Shown piece by piece: positions 38,638 to 47,701 of a stretch of 64,000 nt of DNA (the first letter of the stretch is position 1; the number at the start of each line of letters is the position of its first letter). Made by a program: the position numbers and the translations under genes. Under the pieces are notes generated by a model, which worked only from the letters and a program-made list of their open reading frames with translations, was not told the origin of the DNA and ran no database searches. The DNA is taken from NCBI GenBank assembly GCA_020633725.1, contig JACKDC010000004.1:261085-325084 (forward strand), in the 5' to 3' direction. The stretch comes from Candidatus Latescibacterota bacterium (GTDB lineage Bacteria; Krumholzibacteriota; Krumholzibacteriia; JACNKJ01).

Positions 38638-40419
38638 ATGGGCCGCCCACTCTTCCTTGTGCTGACGCTGCTCGCTGGTCTTGCCCAGAGAGCGACGCCG
38701 GCCACCGTGCTCGACGTGCAATGCCTGAGCCTGGTGCACGTCGCCGAGTCTGCGCCCCCTGATTCAATTGCGGTCGACGTCTACATCGCCGGCGGGGGAC
38801 TCGGCGGCTGCGCGGCCGCGCTTGCGGCCTGCGACGCCGGCTTGCGGGTCCTGCTCAGCGAGGAGACCCGGTGGCTGGGGGGACAAGCGACTGCCGAGGG
38901 CGTCTCCGCGTTGGACGAGAACTACTGGGTCGAAACTAGCGGCGCAACTCGCAGCTACCAGCGCTTCCGCGCGCTCATACGCGATCACTACCGCCCGCTC
39001 TGCCGCGCGACGCCGCCGCCCGCGCGACTGAACCCCGGCAACTGCTGGGCCAGTGCGCTGGCCTTCGAGCCTGCCGTGGGCGTTGCGGCCCTGGACAGCC
39101 TTCTGGCCCCGCACTGCGCAAGTGGAGCGCTGAGCATCCTCCGCCGCTGGAAGCCCTATCGCGCCGAGGTCGCGGGCGCGCGGGTCGTCGCGGTGGACCT
39201 GGTACAACTCGACTCCGCCGCCCGCTGTCGCGTTCGCTCGGCCTACTATCTCGACGCCACCGCCCTCGGCGACCTGCTGCCGCTGGTCGGCGCGCACTAC
39301 ACGGTTGGCGCGGAGTCCCGCAACGTCACCGGGGAGCCGAGCGCTCCAGCGCTGGCTGACTCGCGCTGCGAGGCGGCGTTCACCTACCCGTTCGTCGTCG
39401 AGGCGCGTCCGGGCGAAAGCCGCCCCTGGCCTGCGCCGCCCGACTACGCGCGCGTCGTGGCTGACGCCGGCTTCGACGACCCCTGGCCTCTGCCTCTCGG
39501 GAGCGCGTCTGGCGACGCCGGTCCCCCGACGCTGCACGCCACGCTCCCCGGCGCGCCGGGATCCCTCTGGACCTACCGTCGCCTGATTGACGCCACGCAG
39601 TTCGATCCCGCCGCCCACGCCTGCGCGCTGACTCTCGTCAACTGGCCGACCATGGACTACCGCGGGGGCGGACTGCTCAGCGCGGATCCCGAGCAGCAGT
39701 TGGCCGCCCTTCGTGAGGCGAAGGCGCTGAGCCTTGCCTTCTTCCACTGGATGCAGACCGCGATGCCCCGCGCCGACGGCGGTGTCGGCCATCCCGAGCT
39801 GCGCCTGCTCATCGCCGCCATGGGCTCCGACGACGGCCTCGCCCTCCACCCCTATGTCCGCGAGTCCAGGCGGCTTGCCGCCTGGACCACCCTGCGTGAG
39901 CAGGATGTCGCCAAGGCCCTGCTTCCCGGGCGACGCCGGGGCCGCTTCTTTCGGGACGCGGTCGCCATCGGGCACTACGGGCTGGACCTTCACCCCGGGC
40001 CCTGCGCCGAGACCATATCCTCCGAGGCCACGCGCCCCTTCCAGATCCCCCTGGTAGCGCTGGTCCCCGAGCGGATTGAGAACCTCCTCGCCGCGGGGCG
40101 CTGTCTCGGCGTCACGCACATCACGGCGAGTTGCACGCGCCTCCATCCCATCGAGTGGGCTATCGGTGAAGCGGCGGGGGCCGCCGCGGCCGAGTGCGTC
40201 GCCTCCGACCTGGCGCCGCGAGCGCTCCTGGCCGACCCTGCGGCCCTGCTGAGGATGCAGCGGCGTCTGGTGTCGCGAGGAGCGCCCATCGTCTGGTATG
40301 CCGATCTGGCCACTGACGACCCCCGCTTCCAGGAAGCCCAGCTCGCCCCCTTCGTGGGCGCGGACGGCGACTCCCTCCTCGAACTCAGCTCCAACTACGA
40401 CTCGGAGGCCTGGCAGTGA
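38638..40419 (+). CDS. secreted FAD-dependent oxidoreductase (PF12831-like)
   Basis: Signal peptide; Rossmann GxGxxG VDVYIAGGGLGGCAAALAA; 593 aa. Confidence 0.65.
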   Translation: MGRPLFLVLTLLAGLAQRATPATVLDVQCLSLVHVAESAPPDSIAVDVYIAGGGLGGCAAALAACDAGLRVLLSEETRWLGGQATAEGVSALDENYWVETSGATRSYQRFRALIRDHYRPLCRATPPPARLNPGNCWASALAFEPAVGVAALDSLLAPHCASGALSILRRWKPYRAEVAGARVVAVDLVQLDSAARCRVRSAYYLDATALGDLLPLVGAHYTVGAESRNVTGEPSAPALADSRCEAAFTYPFVVEARPGESRPWPAPPDYARVVADAGFDDPWPLPLGSASGDAGPPTLHATLPGAPGSLWTYRRLIDATQFDPAAHACALTLVNWPTMDYRGGGLLSADPEQQLAALREAKALSLAFFHWMQTAMPRADGGVGHPELRLLIAAMGSDDGLALHPYVRESRRLAAWTTLREQDVAKALLPGRRRGRFFRDAVAIGHYGLDLHPGPCAETISSEATRPFQIPLVALVPERIENLLAAGRCLGVTHITASCTRLHPIEWAIGEAAGAAAAECVASDLAPRALLADPAALLRMQRRLVSRGAPIVWYADLATDDPRFQEAQLAPFVGADGDSLLELSSNYDSEAWQ

Positions 40420-42377
40420 CCCGCACCGCGCGCCTTTGGTTGTGGGCTGGTCTCGTTGGACTCTCCCTCGGCCTGCGGCTGTACCTGCTGAACTGGGGTC
40501 TGCCCTTCGTCTTCGAGGAAGCCGTTCCTCTCAAGAAGGCCTGGTACATGTGGCGGTGGGGGCAGAGCACGCTCCACCTCGACCCCGAGTTCTTCAACTA
40601 CCCCAGCCTCACGCTCTACCTGCACCTCGCGCTCCAGGGCGCGGTCTTCGGCGTCCAGCGCCTCGCCGGCATGGTGGACTCGGCGACGGACTTCGCCGCC
40701 CACTACGTCGTGGATCCCAGTGCCGTCATGCTGGCGGGCCGCGCGCTGCAGGCGCTCTTCGGCGCGGCGACGGTCGCCCTCGCCTGGCCGCTGGGCCGCC
40801 GCCTCGGCGGGGCGCTCACTGCCGCGGGCGGCGCGGCGCTGCTGGCGCTGAGCACCACGCACATCGCGCGCTCGCAGATGATCGAGGTGGACGTTCCGCT
40901 CACCTGCTTCACGCTGCTCACCCTGCTCGCCCTGCTGCGGGCCGCCGAGCGGCCGAGCCTGCGCGCCTGGCTCGCGGCCGGCGCGGCGATGGGCCTGGCT
41001 GCCTCCACGAAGTACACGGGCGCGCTGCTGGCGCTGCCGCTGGGGGCGGCGGCGATCGTCGCGCGGCGCGAACACGGCGCGGCCCTGCGCGCGTGGTGGC
41101 CGGTGGCCGCGCTCGCTGCCGCGGCGCTGGTGTTCGCGGCAACTAGCCCCTACGTGCTCATCGACTTCGGCACCTTCCGCGAGCACTTCGGTTACGAGCA
41201 GCAGCATCTGAGCCTGGGGCAGTTCGGGCTGGCGGGGACGTCGAGCCTGGCCTACTACGGCCGCGTGCTGGCCGGCAGCTTCCTCGGCTGGCCGGCCGCG
41301 CTGCTCGCGCTCGCCGGCTTGACGCACGGCATTGCGCGGCGGCGCCCCGCGGCGCTGATCCTCGCCGCCTTCTTGCTGCCTTACCTGCTCGTAGTGAACA
41401 CCTGGACGCTCCACGCCGAACGGTACCTGCTGCCGGCGCTGCCCTTGCTGCTGCTCTTCGCGGCGGCGGGGGCGAAGGCGTTGCTGGATCTCCCCCGGCT
41501 CCGCGCCTTCGCCGCGCCCGCACGGGCGGGCCTGGCCGCGGCGCTACTCCTCGCAGCCGCGGCGCCCTCGCTCCTCGCCTACCCCGGCTACCTGCGGAGC
41601 ATCGGCAGCGACACGCGGGCCACGTCCACGCGCTGGATCGAGGCCAACGTGCCGCGCGGTTCGCTGGTGGTCAGCGAGCTCTACGGGCCCGAGCTGTCGG
41701 GACCGCAGCAGACGCTCTCGCTGCCCAGGGCCATCGGCGCGCGCGCCGAGGCGCTCGAAACGCGGCCCGACTTCGGCGCGCTCTTGATCCCCATGTACCA
41801 GGTCTACCCCGAGCGCACGGCCCCGCTCTACGACCTCGACCTCTACGCCATGGCCGACCTGCTCGTCACCTCGGACGCAGTGCGCGGCCGCTACGCGCGC
41901 GACCCGGCGCAGTTCGCCGCGCAGTGCGCGTTCTACGCGCGACTCGATCGCGACTGGGAGCGCGTGGCGGACTTCGCGCCCACGGGCGGCGGGCCGGAGA
42001 TCGTCGTCTACCGCAATCCGCGCTGGCAGACGCCCTTCGCCGAACGCGACGCGATTCCCGAACCTCCGGCGCTGCAACTGGGGCCGGCGGGACCCACGGG
42101 CTCCGAGGCGACCTTCTACTACGAGTGGGGGACGGTCTGCGAGGTCTACGGGCAGCTCGTCCCCGCCGTGGACTGCTACGGCCTCGGCCTGCGCTACCCC
42201 GTGCCGCGGGACTCGCTCTACCGCGCGCTGGTGCTGCGACGGGCCGCCTGCCTCATCGACCTGGGCCGCGGCCAGGACGCGCTGCTCTGGCTGGAGGGGC
42301 TGGCCCGCGCGGAGCAAGAGCCTGCGCGCGCCGACTACCTGCGCTGGCTGCGGGGGCAGGTGGAGTCGAACCTCTAG
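40416..42377 (+). CDS. glycosyltransferase family 39 (ArnT/PMT-like) polytopic membrane protein with C-terminal soluble domain
   Basis: GTG start overlapping upstream stop (GTGA); N-terminal GT-C fold TM topology resembling ArnT/dolichyl-phosphate-mannose transferases. Confidence 0.6.
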   Translation: MTRTARLWLWAGLVGLSLGLRLYLLNWGLPFVFEEAVPLKKAWYMWRWGQSTLHLDPEFFNYPSLTLYLHLALQGAVFGVQRLAGMVDSATDFAAHYVVDPSAVMLAGRALQALFGAATVALAWPLGRRLGGALTAAGGAALLALSTTHIARSQMIEVDVPLTCFTLLTLLALLRAAERPSLRAWLAAGAAMGLAASTKYTGALLALPLGAAAIVARREHGAALRAWWPVAALAAAALVFAATSPYVLIDFGTFREHFGYEQQHLSLGQFGLAGTSSLAYYGRVLAGSFLGWPAALLALAGLTHGIARRRPAALILAAFLLPYLLVVNTWTLHAERYLLPALPLLLLFAAAGAKALLDLPRLRAFAAPARAGLAAALLLAAAAPSLLAYPGYLRSIGSDTRATSTRWIEANVPRGSLVVSELYGPELSGPQQTLSLPRAIGARAEALETRPDFGALLIPMYQVYPERTAPLYDLDLYAMADLLVTSDAVRGRYARDPAQFAAQCAFYARLDRDWERVADFAPTGGGPEIVVYRNPRWQTPFAERDAIPEPPALQLGPAGPTGSEATFYYEWGTVCEVYGQLVPAVDCYGLGLRYPVPRDSLYRALVLRRAACLIDLGRGQDALLWLEGLARAEQEPARADYLRWLRGQVESNL

Positions 42378-42904
42378 GTCGCGGGATACTTCGCCACGAG
42401 TCGCCGCAGCGTGTTCAGCCCGCGGAAGGTGGCGCGCTGGCCGAGCGTCTTCTCGAAGACCGCGTTGGAGAACGTCGAGTCGCTCTGCTCTGCATCGCAG
42501 AGCCAGTGCAGCTCATGGCCGTGCAGGTGGAAGCGGTCGATGGCGGTCTCCAGGCCCGCGAGCGCGCGGCGCTGGGGCGCGGTGAGCGGCGCCTTGAGAA
42601 AGCCCACGTTGTGGGCCGTGGCCGCGGGCAGCGCGTCCGCATGCGCGACGATCGCCGCCAGCTCCACGTCGGTGCGCAGGAAGGTGGCCACGGCGTAGCC
42701 GAGGGCGGCCTCGAGGTGGCGTTCGATCTTCGTCTCCAGCGCGGGCAGCGAGCGCGCGCGGGTGGTGAAGATCACGTTGCCGCTGGCGATGAAGGTCTCA
42801 GGGGCGGCGATGCCCAGGTCGACGAAGTGGCCGCGCAGGGCGTCCATGGTGACGGTGTGACCGCCGACGTTGATGGCGCGGAGAAAGGCGATGCAGCGGG
42901 GCAT
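42374..42904 (-). CDS. DUF1697 family protein
   Basis: N-terminal AFLRAINVGG signature. Confidence 0.7.
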   Translation of the reverse strand: MPRCIAFLRAINVGGHTVTMDALRGHFVDLGIAAPETFIASGNVIFTTRARSLPALETKIERHLEAALGYAVATFLRTDVELAAIVAHADALPAATAHNVGFLKAPLTAPQRRALAGLETAIDRFHLHGHELHWLCDAEQSDSTFSNAVFEKTLGQRATFRGLNTLRRLVAKYPAT

Positions 42905-42950
42905 GGTCCTGCGGGTCCTTCGGCGCGGACGGTGGGTGTCCGGCGCGAGC

Positions 42951-43688
42951 TCAGTACAGCGACTTTACTGCAGAGAAGCTCGTGGGCTCTACGACGACGA
43001 TCCCGTCGCTCTCGATCTCCATCCCGAGGAGAATCTCGCCCATCCCGTAGTCGCTGAAGTAGATGCCTAGCGTATAGAGGTCGCGGTCCCCCGGAGGCTC
43101 GGGGGCAGGGGCGGTGTCTCGGCCAAACCATGTGTTTAGTATGGCAGACAGGTGCACATGGTCCGAGGATTGGTCTCGCCAAAGCATGGGATGGTGGCCG
43201 TCGGCACCTCCACCGGCGAGGGGCCGGATGAACACCCCGAAGGTCTCCTCCTCGTTCGAACCACCCAGCGCGAACCAGTGAAATACATCAAGCTCCTCCC
43301 AGCAGTAGTTGCAAGTGGTCGTATACTCGTTGAGTCGCTGAAAGGAAAAGCCCTCTGATCCGTCGCTGTAGCGAATCCGGTAGATCAGATGTACCTCATA
43401 GGGGATGCCAGACTCGGCGTAGTCGCCGCCATGGTAGAACCAGATCCGCTGAACGATGAAACCCTCGTCAAAGGTGTCGTCCGGCCAGGTCATGAAGTTC
43501 CCCACCACTGTAGTGCTGGTTGGCCCCCAGATCGGCGAGTAAGGGACGCCATCGTGGATGTCAATCGACAGAAAACCGCGTTCTGTCGGCGCGGCCGTGG
43601 CGCTGGAAGGAACTCCTAGGCCAAGGGCAGCAAGCATGGCCGAAAGCAAGATGGCGTAGCTAAAACTGAACGATCTGCAGATTCGCAT
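42951..43688 (-). CDS. hypothetical secreted protein (lower-GC island)
   Basis: ATG 43688 with GGAGG RBS; signal peptide MRICRSFSFSYAILLSAMLAALGLGVPSSATA; no family recognised. Confidence 0.45.
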   Translation of the reverse strand: MRICRSFSFSYAILLSAMLAALGLGVPSSATAAPTERGFLSIDIHDGVPYSPIWGPTSTTVVGNFMTWPDDTFDEGFIVQRIWFYHGGDYAESGIPYEVHLIYRIRYSDGSEGFSFQRLNEYTTTCNYCWEELDVFHWFALGGSNEEETFGVFIRPLAGGGADGHHPMLWRDQSSDHVHLSAILNTWFGRDTAPAPEPPGDRDLYTLGIYFSDYGMGEILLGMEIESDGIVVVEPTSFSAVKSLY

Positions 43689-44163
43689 TAGGGGCCTCCA
43701 CATCGACCGTGAGGACAACCGATTCCTCCTGTGGCGCAAGCCGAAGAAGCAGGCTGTCCCCAGGACACGGCAAGGAATCCAGCATCGCCAAAGGGCTCAA
43801 GTCGAATAGAATCTCTCGGTGTTCGCCGTCCTCCTTGGCGGGGAACAGGTCGAGGAGCTGGAGCATGGACACTTCGTCATCTCCGCTACGGCAAAGGACC
43901 TCAAGGCCGAGAAGGACATCGTCGTCACTCAGAGAAACCGGAGTGACGAGTAACCATTCTAGCACGATCTGCCGACCAGTCGCCACGATGCCTGCGCCGC
44001 CTACGACAGTCACGAACCCCCCGCTGCTGGCGTCCGCAGCAAAGGCAAGGGCCGTCTCCTCGATCTCGAGTGCTCTGCAGTGTGAGGAGTGAATGGAAGC
44101 TGTGGCAACGGCGACCACAAGAACGACCTTGCCCAACCTCAAGCTTCTGGGATTACTTGACAT
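43660..44163 (-). CDS. hypothetical secreted protein (lower-GC island)
   Basis: ATG 44163; signal-like MSSNPRSLRLGKVVLVVAVATASIHS; overlaps neighbours by 11 and 29 nt. Confidence 0.4.
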   Translation of the reverse strand: MSSNPRSLRLGKVVLVVAVATASIHSSHCRALEIEETALAFAADASSGGFVTVVGGAGIVATGRQIVLEWLLVTPVSLSDDDVLLGLEVLCRSGDDEVSMLQLLDLFPAKEDGEHREILFDLSPLAMLDSLPCPGDSLLLRLAPQEESVVLTVDVEAPNANLQIVQF

Positions 44164-47100
44164 AGATCACCTTCCCCTTGAGTGTCTTGGCTTCTCCGAC
44201 GATGCGGTACAGGTAGACTCCCGAGCTGACAGGCTGGCCCTGTTCGGAGTCGCCCCTCCAAATGAAGAGCTGATCACCGTTCTCGCCAATCGTTGCCGAG
44301 AGCCTCCGGACTTCCCGGCCAAGGATGTCAAAGACCTGGAGTCTTGCCGGAGCGCCGGGTGCCCTATAGCGGAAGTGAATCTGCCCGTTGAACGGGTTCG
44401 GCCAAGCGCCCTCAGGTGGTGGAGCCGCGGACTCTATACCGATGTAGAAACCGGGGTCAGTAGGACTCGTCCCGCAGGCGAAGAGAGAGTTCTGAGCGGT
44501 CCAGGGTCCGAAATCGACGCGCGTTGAATCGGGCTTGAAGAACGCGTCAGGGCACATGCAGTCAATCCCATAGTCCTCCCCAAAGCCCTCGCAGGTCCCC
44601 CAGGCATTGCCCTCCGCCGGAATGACGTTGGTCGTGGCGTTGTAGATGCGCACCATCTCAACTTCGGCAGCGTCCTCGTAGCAGGAAGCTGGTGTTCCCT
44701 GCACGTACGTCCAGCAGTCCGCACTGGTGGTTAGCGGCGCGATGAAGTTTCCGCCCGCGCTCTGACCCGGCGCGCCAAGGTCAACGGTACCGCTCCAGGC
44801 GTAGTTGATAACGCCGTAGTCACACAAGTGGATGTCGACGTGGTCCAGGCTGAGCTGGGCGGAGTCCCAGTTCTTAGCCCCGACCCGTGGACCCGCAATG
44901 TCGCAGTACTGGGCGTAGACTCTAGAACTCCCCCTGCATTGGATCCCGGTTTCAGGAGCAACTGCAGCTGAGTGCGGTTCGATCGTTAGGTTTGGCCCAA
45001 GGTACGCCATCGGCTGGTGCGGCATGAACTTCTCACCGATCTGAATGCCCGTCCTAAGGAAGTACATCTCCGTGTTGGATACACTGAGGGTACCCCTCAT
45101 GCAGTAGACCAGGGGAGGAGGCAGGGAGAGGAGAGACTGGAAGTTCTCCCGCTGAGAGATCGTACAATTCGCGATCTCAGCCGACCTGCCGACTCCCGAG
45201 TCGATCCAGATTCGATTGACACTCGGGATCTCGCAGTACTCCAGCGCGGGCTCCCGCGGGCCATTCTGAAGATCAAGGACGATTGCGTTGTCGTTGGTGT
45301 CGGCCAGATAGAGCGTGGAGTAGCTTATTCTCACGAGGGCGCTGTCGGCGACGATCTGCTCCGCGTCATTCAGCCGGCAGTAGTCGAGGTCCAATAGCCC
45401 GAGATTCTCTGCGAAAAGCCCTGCGTAGTCTGTGTTCGTGTCCCCCGGAAGAATCGACGGGAGAAACTCCACTGGCGCTTCGGCGGTGCCTCTCACCAGG
45501 AGGGAGCCTCCATCGGCCACGATTTTGGACGTAGCGTTTCGGAAGTAGACCCTGGCTCCCTCTTCAACCGTGAGGTCGCAACCCGGCAGGATCCGTACCT
45601 CACCGTCGACCCAGGCCGTTTCACCAGCTTCGACGACGACATGGCAGTCGGTACCACCAATCGTGTCGGGGAGGCTCACGACTGTGTCCGGAACGGTCTG
45701 AAAGCGGTACTCGTAGGGCAGCATGATGGGATTGAGGTTCCCCGCGACCCCTTCCTTGGGAACAAGCGTGAGCACTAGCGCAACAGCATCGCTATTCCCC
45801 TTGCCGAAGTCCGTCACGTTGAAATCAACGACCTGCCCTGGCGCAGGCTCGATCCAGTGGGTCTCGATGCTGCGCTTCCGTTCGCCGTACACATCCAGGC
45901 CATTGTCGCGTGGATCTAGGTCGTCCGGTGCGAAGGGCAGGTCATAGCCAATCAGATCCACGGCGAGTCGGACTTTGCCTTCGTACGCCGCCGTCACCGA
46001 TTGCAGTGCATAGGCGCTGTCTGGATCGGTGGGGCAGATCATGCAAGGATACTCATCGAGGAAGCGGAAGCTGACACTGAGGTCCACCCCAGAAGTGTCC
46101 GGGGGCTGGAACACAAGGTAGTTGCTAGCGAAGGTCTGGACCCCTACCAAGCGTCGCTTGTTCCACTCCGGAACGAACCAGCTGTAGTCATCCGCGTCGC
46201 AGTCCGTGGGCCAGTAATCTGAGCTGAACTGCCACCCGGACACCACCTGACGATCGGACGAGCACGTGTGGTAGGGAGGAAACGCCTGGATGTTGTCGTA
46301 GCAAACCCCGTTCGAGTCCTGAAGGAAGTTGTACAGCGCCTGAGGCTGGTAGCCATCGGGATCGTCGCCCTCTCCGAGCCACTGGTAGATTTCCTCATCC
46401 GATGTGGGACTCTGAAGGTTGAGAAACTTCGCGAGGCCATAGGCGCGGAAGACCTCGTTGACACGCTGGTGCGGGCTCGCACTGGAAGACGAGAAAAAGG
46501 CATCGAGGTCTGGGACATCCAGCGCAATCCCCAGTCCCGGGAAATTGTGCAAGTAGGTCCGATGGCCCTCATCTTCCGTGTAGGTGCGGATCCAGCGGTA
46601 GACCAGGCTGTCCTCTAGCGCTTCGCCGGGCAACGTGAATACGTTGTCCAGGTAGATCGCGAACATCGCCCAGTCATTGTAGACGTTGCCAAACCTCGAA
46701 AGGCACCCCGACCCGAGGAGGCTGTCCTGGGTCACGGGTACCGCGTTCTGGCAGGCCGAGGCGTAGTGAGAGCCGCTTCCGTTATTGCTGACCGGGGTAT
46801 CATAGGGAGACGTGTGCGTATCGGAGCCATCCAGGCCGTACTTGGATGCGGAAAGCACAGAGCACATTTCGTCGAAGCTCTCGAATATCGATGTGCTCCG
46901 ATCCACACGTTGCCAGCTGTGGTGGCAAACATGCTGCCACTCGTGTGCGAAGGCGTCGCGCGCGACCTCCCAAGGTGTCAAGAACTGCCCGTCTTGGCCC
47001 TCGATGTGGGCTGTCACGTACTCATGTGTCGCATTGATAACCCGGCAGGTGTCGAAGATGTAGATTCCGAAGTGGGTGTAGGTCGTGTCCTGCCCCGCGG

Positions 47101-47548
47101 GGGCACCAGTCTTGGTCTGGATTCCGAAGAGCGTATCGACGGAAGCGAACGCGTCCTCGCCGAAGTAGTCGAGGATCGACTTCGCCATTCCACTCACATC
47201 ACCCGCCAGCGAGTCGACGACGATGTTGGCAAACTCGCGCAAGTCGTCTTCGTCCCATCGGGAGCCAGGGGCCCCAGTGGCCCCAGGGGCGCCCGGCTCC
47301 CAGCAGAGGAAGACCGTGAAGTGCTTGTTGAAGATGGGGTTCCCGGCAAAGACCGTCGAGTCGACGGGCGCGAGAGAATCTCCATCGGCGCAAATCAGCT
47401 GGAGGCCATCATCGCAATCTCGGAACTGGGTCGCGTGGACCAGCGAAGAGAGGGAGAGCAGCGCTACCAAGCTCAAAGCGCGCAGGAGCCAAACAAAAAG
47501 CGCCAGCAGTTGCCGGCGCGAATTGGCGGGATTCGGTCCATTCGTCAT
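44153..47548 (-). CDS. large secreted protein with single HExxH zinc-metallopeptidase-like motif and T9SS-type CTD (lower-GC island)
   Basis: ATG 47548 with AGGAGGG RBS; signal peptide; FAHEWQHVCHH motif with downstream FESFDE; C-terminus WPNPFNGQIHFRYRAP...SGVYLYRI...KVIYVK; 1131 aa. Confidence 0.65.
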   Translation of the reverse strand: MTNGPNPANSRRQLLALFVWLLRALSLVALLSLSSLVHATQFRDCDDGLQLICADGDSLAPVDSTVFAGNPIFNKHFTVFLCWEPGAPGATGAPGSRWDEDDLREFANIVVDSLAGDVSGMAKSILDYFGEDAFASVDTLFGIQTKTGAPAGQDTTYTHFGIYIFDTCRVINATHEYVTAHIEGQDGQFLTPWEVARDAFAHEWQHVCHHSWQRVDRSTSIFESFDEMCSVLSASKYGLDGSDTHTSPYDTPVSNNGSGSHYASACQNAVPVTQDSLLGSGCLSRFGNVYNDWAMFAIYLDNVFTLPGEALEDSLVYRWIRTYTEDEGHRTYLHNFPGLGIALDVPDLDAFFSSSSASPHQRVNEVFRAYGLAKFLNLQSPTSDEEIYQWLGEGDDPDGYQPQALYNFLQDSNGVCYDNIQAFPPYHTCSSDRQVVSGWQFSSDYWPTDCDADDYSWFVPEWNKRRLVGVQTFASNYLVFQPPDTSGVDLSVSFRFLDEYPCMICPTDPDSAYALQSVTAAYEGKVRLAVDLIGYDLPFAPDDLDPRDNGLDVYGERKRSIETHWIEPAPGQVVDFNVTDFGKGNSDAVALVLTLVPKEGVAGNLNPIMLPYEYRFQTVPDTVVSLPDTIGGTDCHVVVEAGETAWVDGEVRILPGCDLTVEEGARVYFRNATSKIVADGGSLLVRGTAEAPVEFLPSILPGDTNTDYAGLFAENLGLLDLDYCRLNDAEQIVADSALVRISYSTLYLADTNDNAIVLDLQNGPREPALEYCEIPSVNRIWIDSGVGRSAEIANCTISQRENFQSLLSLPPPLVYCMRGTLSVSNTEMYFLRTGIQIGEKFMPHQPMAYLGPNLTIEPHSAAVAPETGIQCRGSSRVYAQYCDIAGPRVGAKNWDSAQLSLDHVDIHLCDYGVINYAWSGTVDLGAPGQSAGGNFIAPLTTSADCWTYVQGTPASCYEDAAEVEMVRIYNATTNVIPAEGNAWGTCEGFGEDYGIDCMCPDAFFKPDSTRVDFGPWTAQNSLFACGTSPTDPGFYIGIESAAPPPEGAWPNPFNGQIHFRYRAPGAPARLQVFDILGREVRRLSATIGENGDQLFIWRGDSEQGQPVSSGVYLYRIVGEAKTLKGKVIYVK

Positions 47549-47701
47549 ATCGGCCCTCCTGGCTAGTGGTAATCATAGCTCAGGAATCAGCACCTGTACA
47601 GGGGGGGGGCGGCGATTTGGCAATGAAAACATGCCGAGGCAGGCGGCCTGGTGGGCACGGGCGGTGTCGGCCTCGGGGGCGGACACCGGAATCGCCGGAC
47701 G

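Noticed and set aside
42933-47674. 8-bp inverted match GGTGTCCG / CGGACACC near the two borders of the lower-GC island
   Set aside because: Too short to distinguish from chance in GC-rich flanks; no target-site duplication or integrase seen
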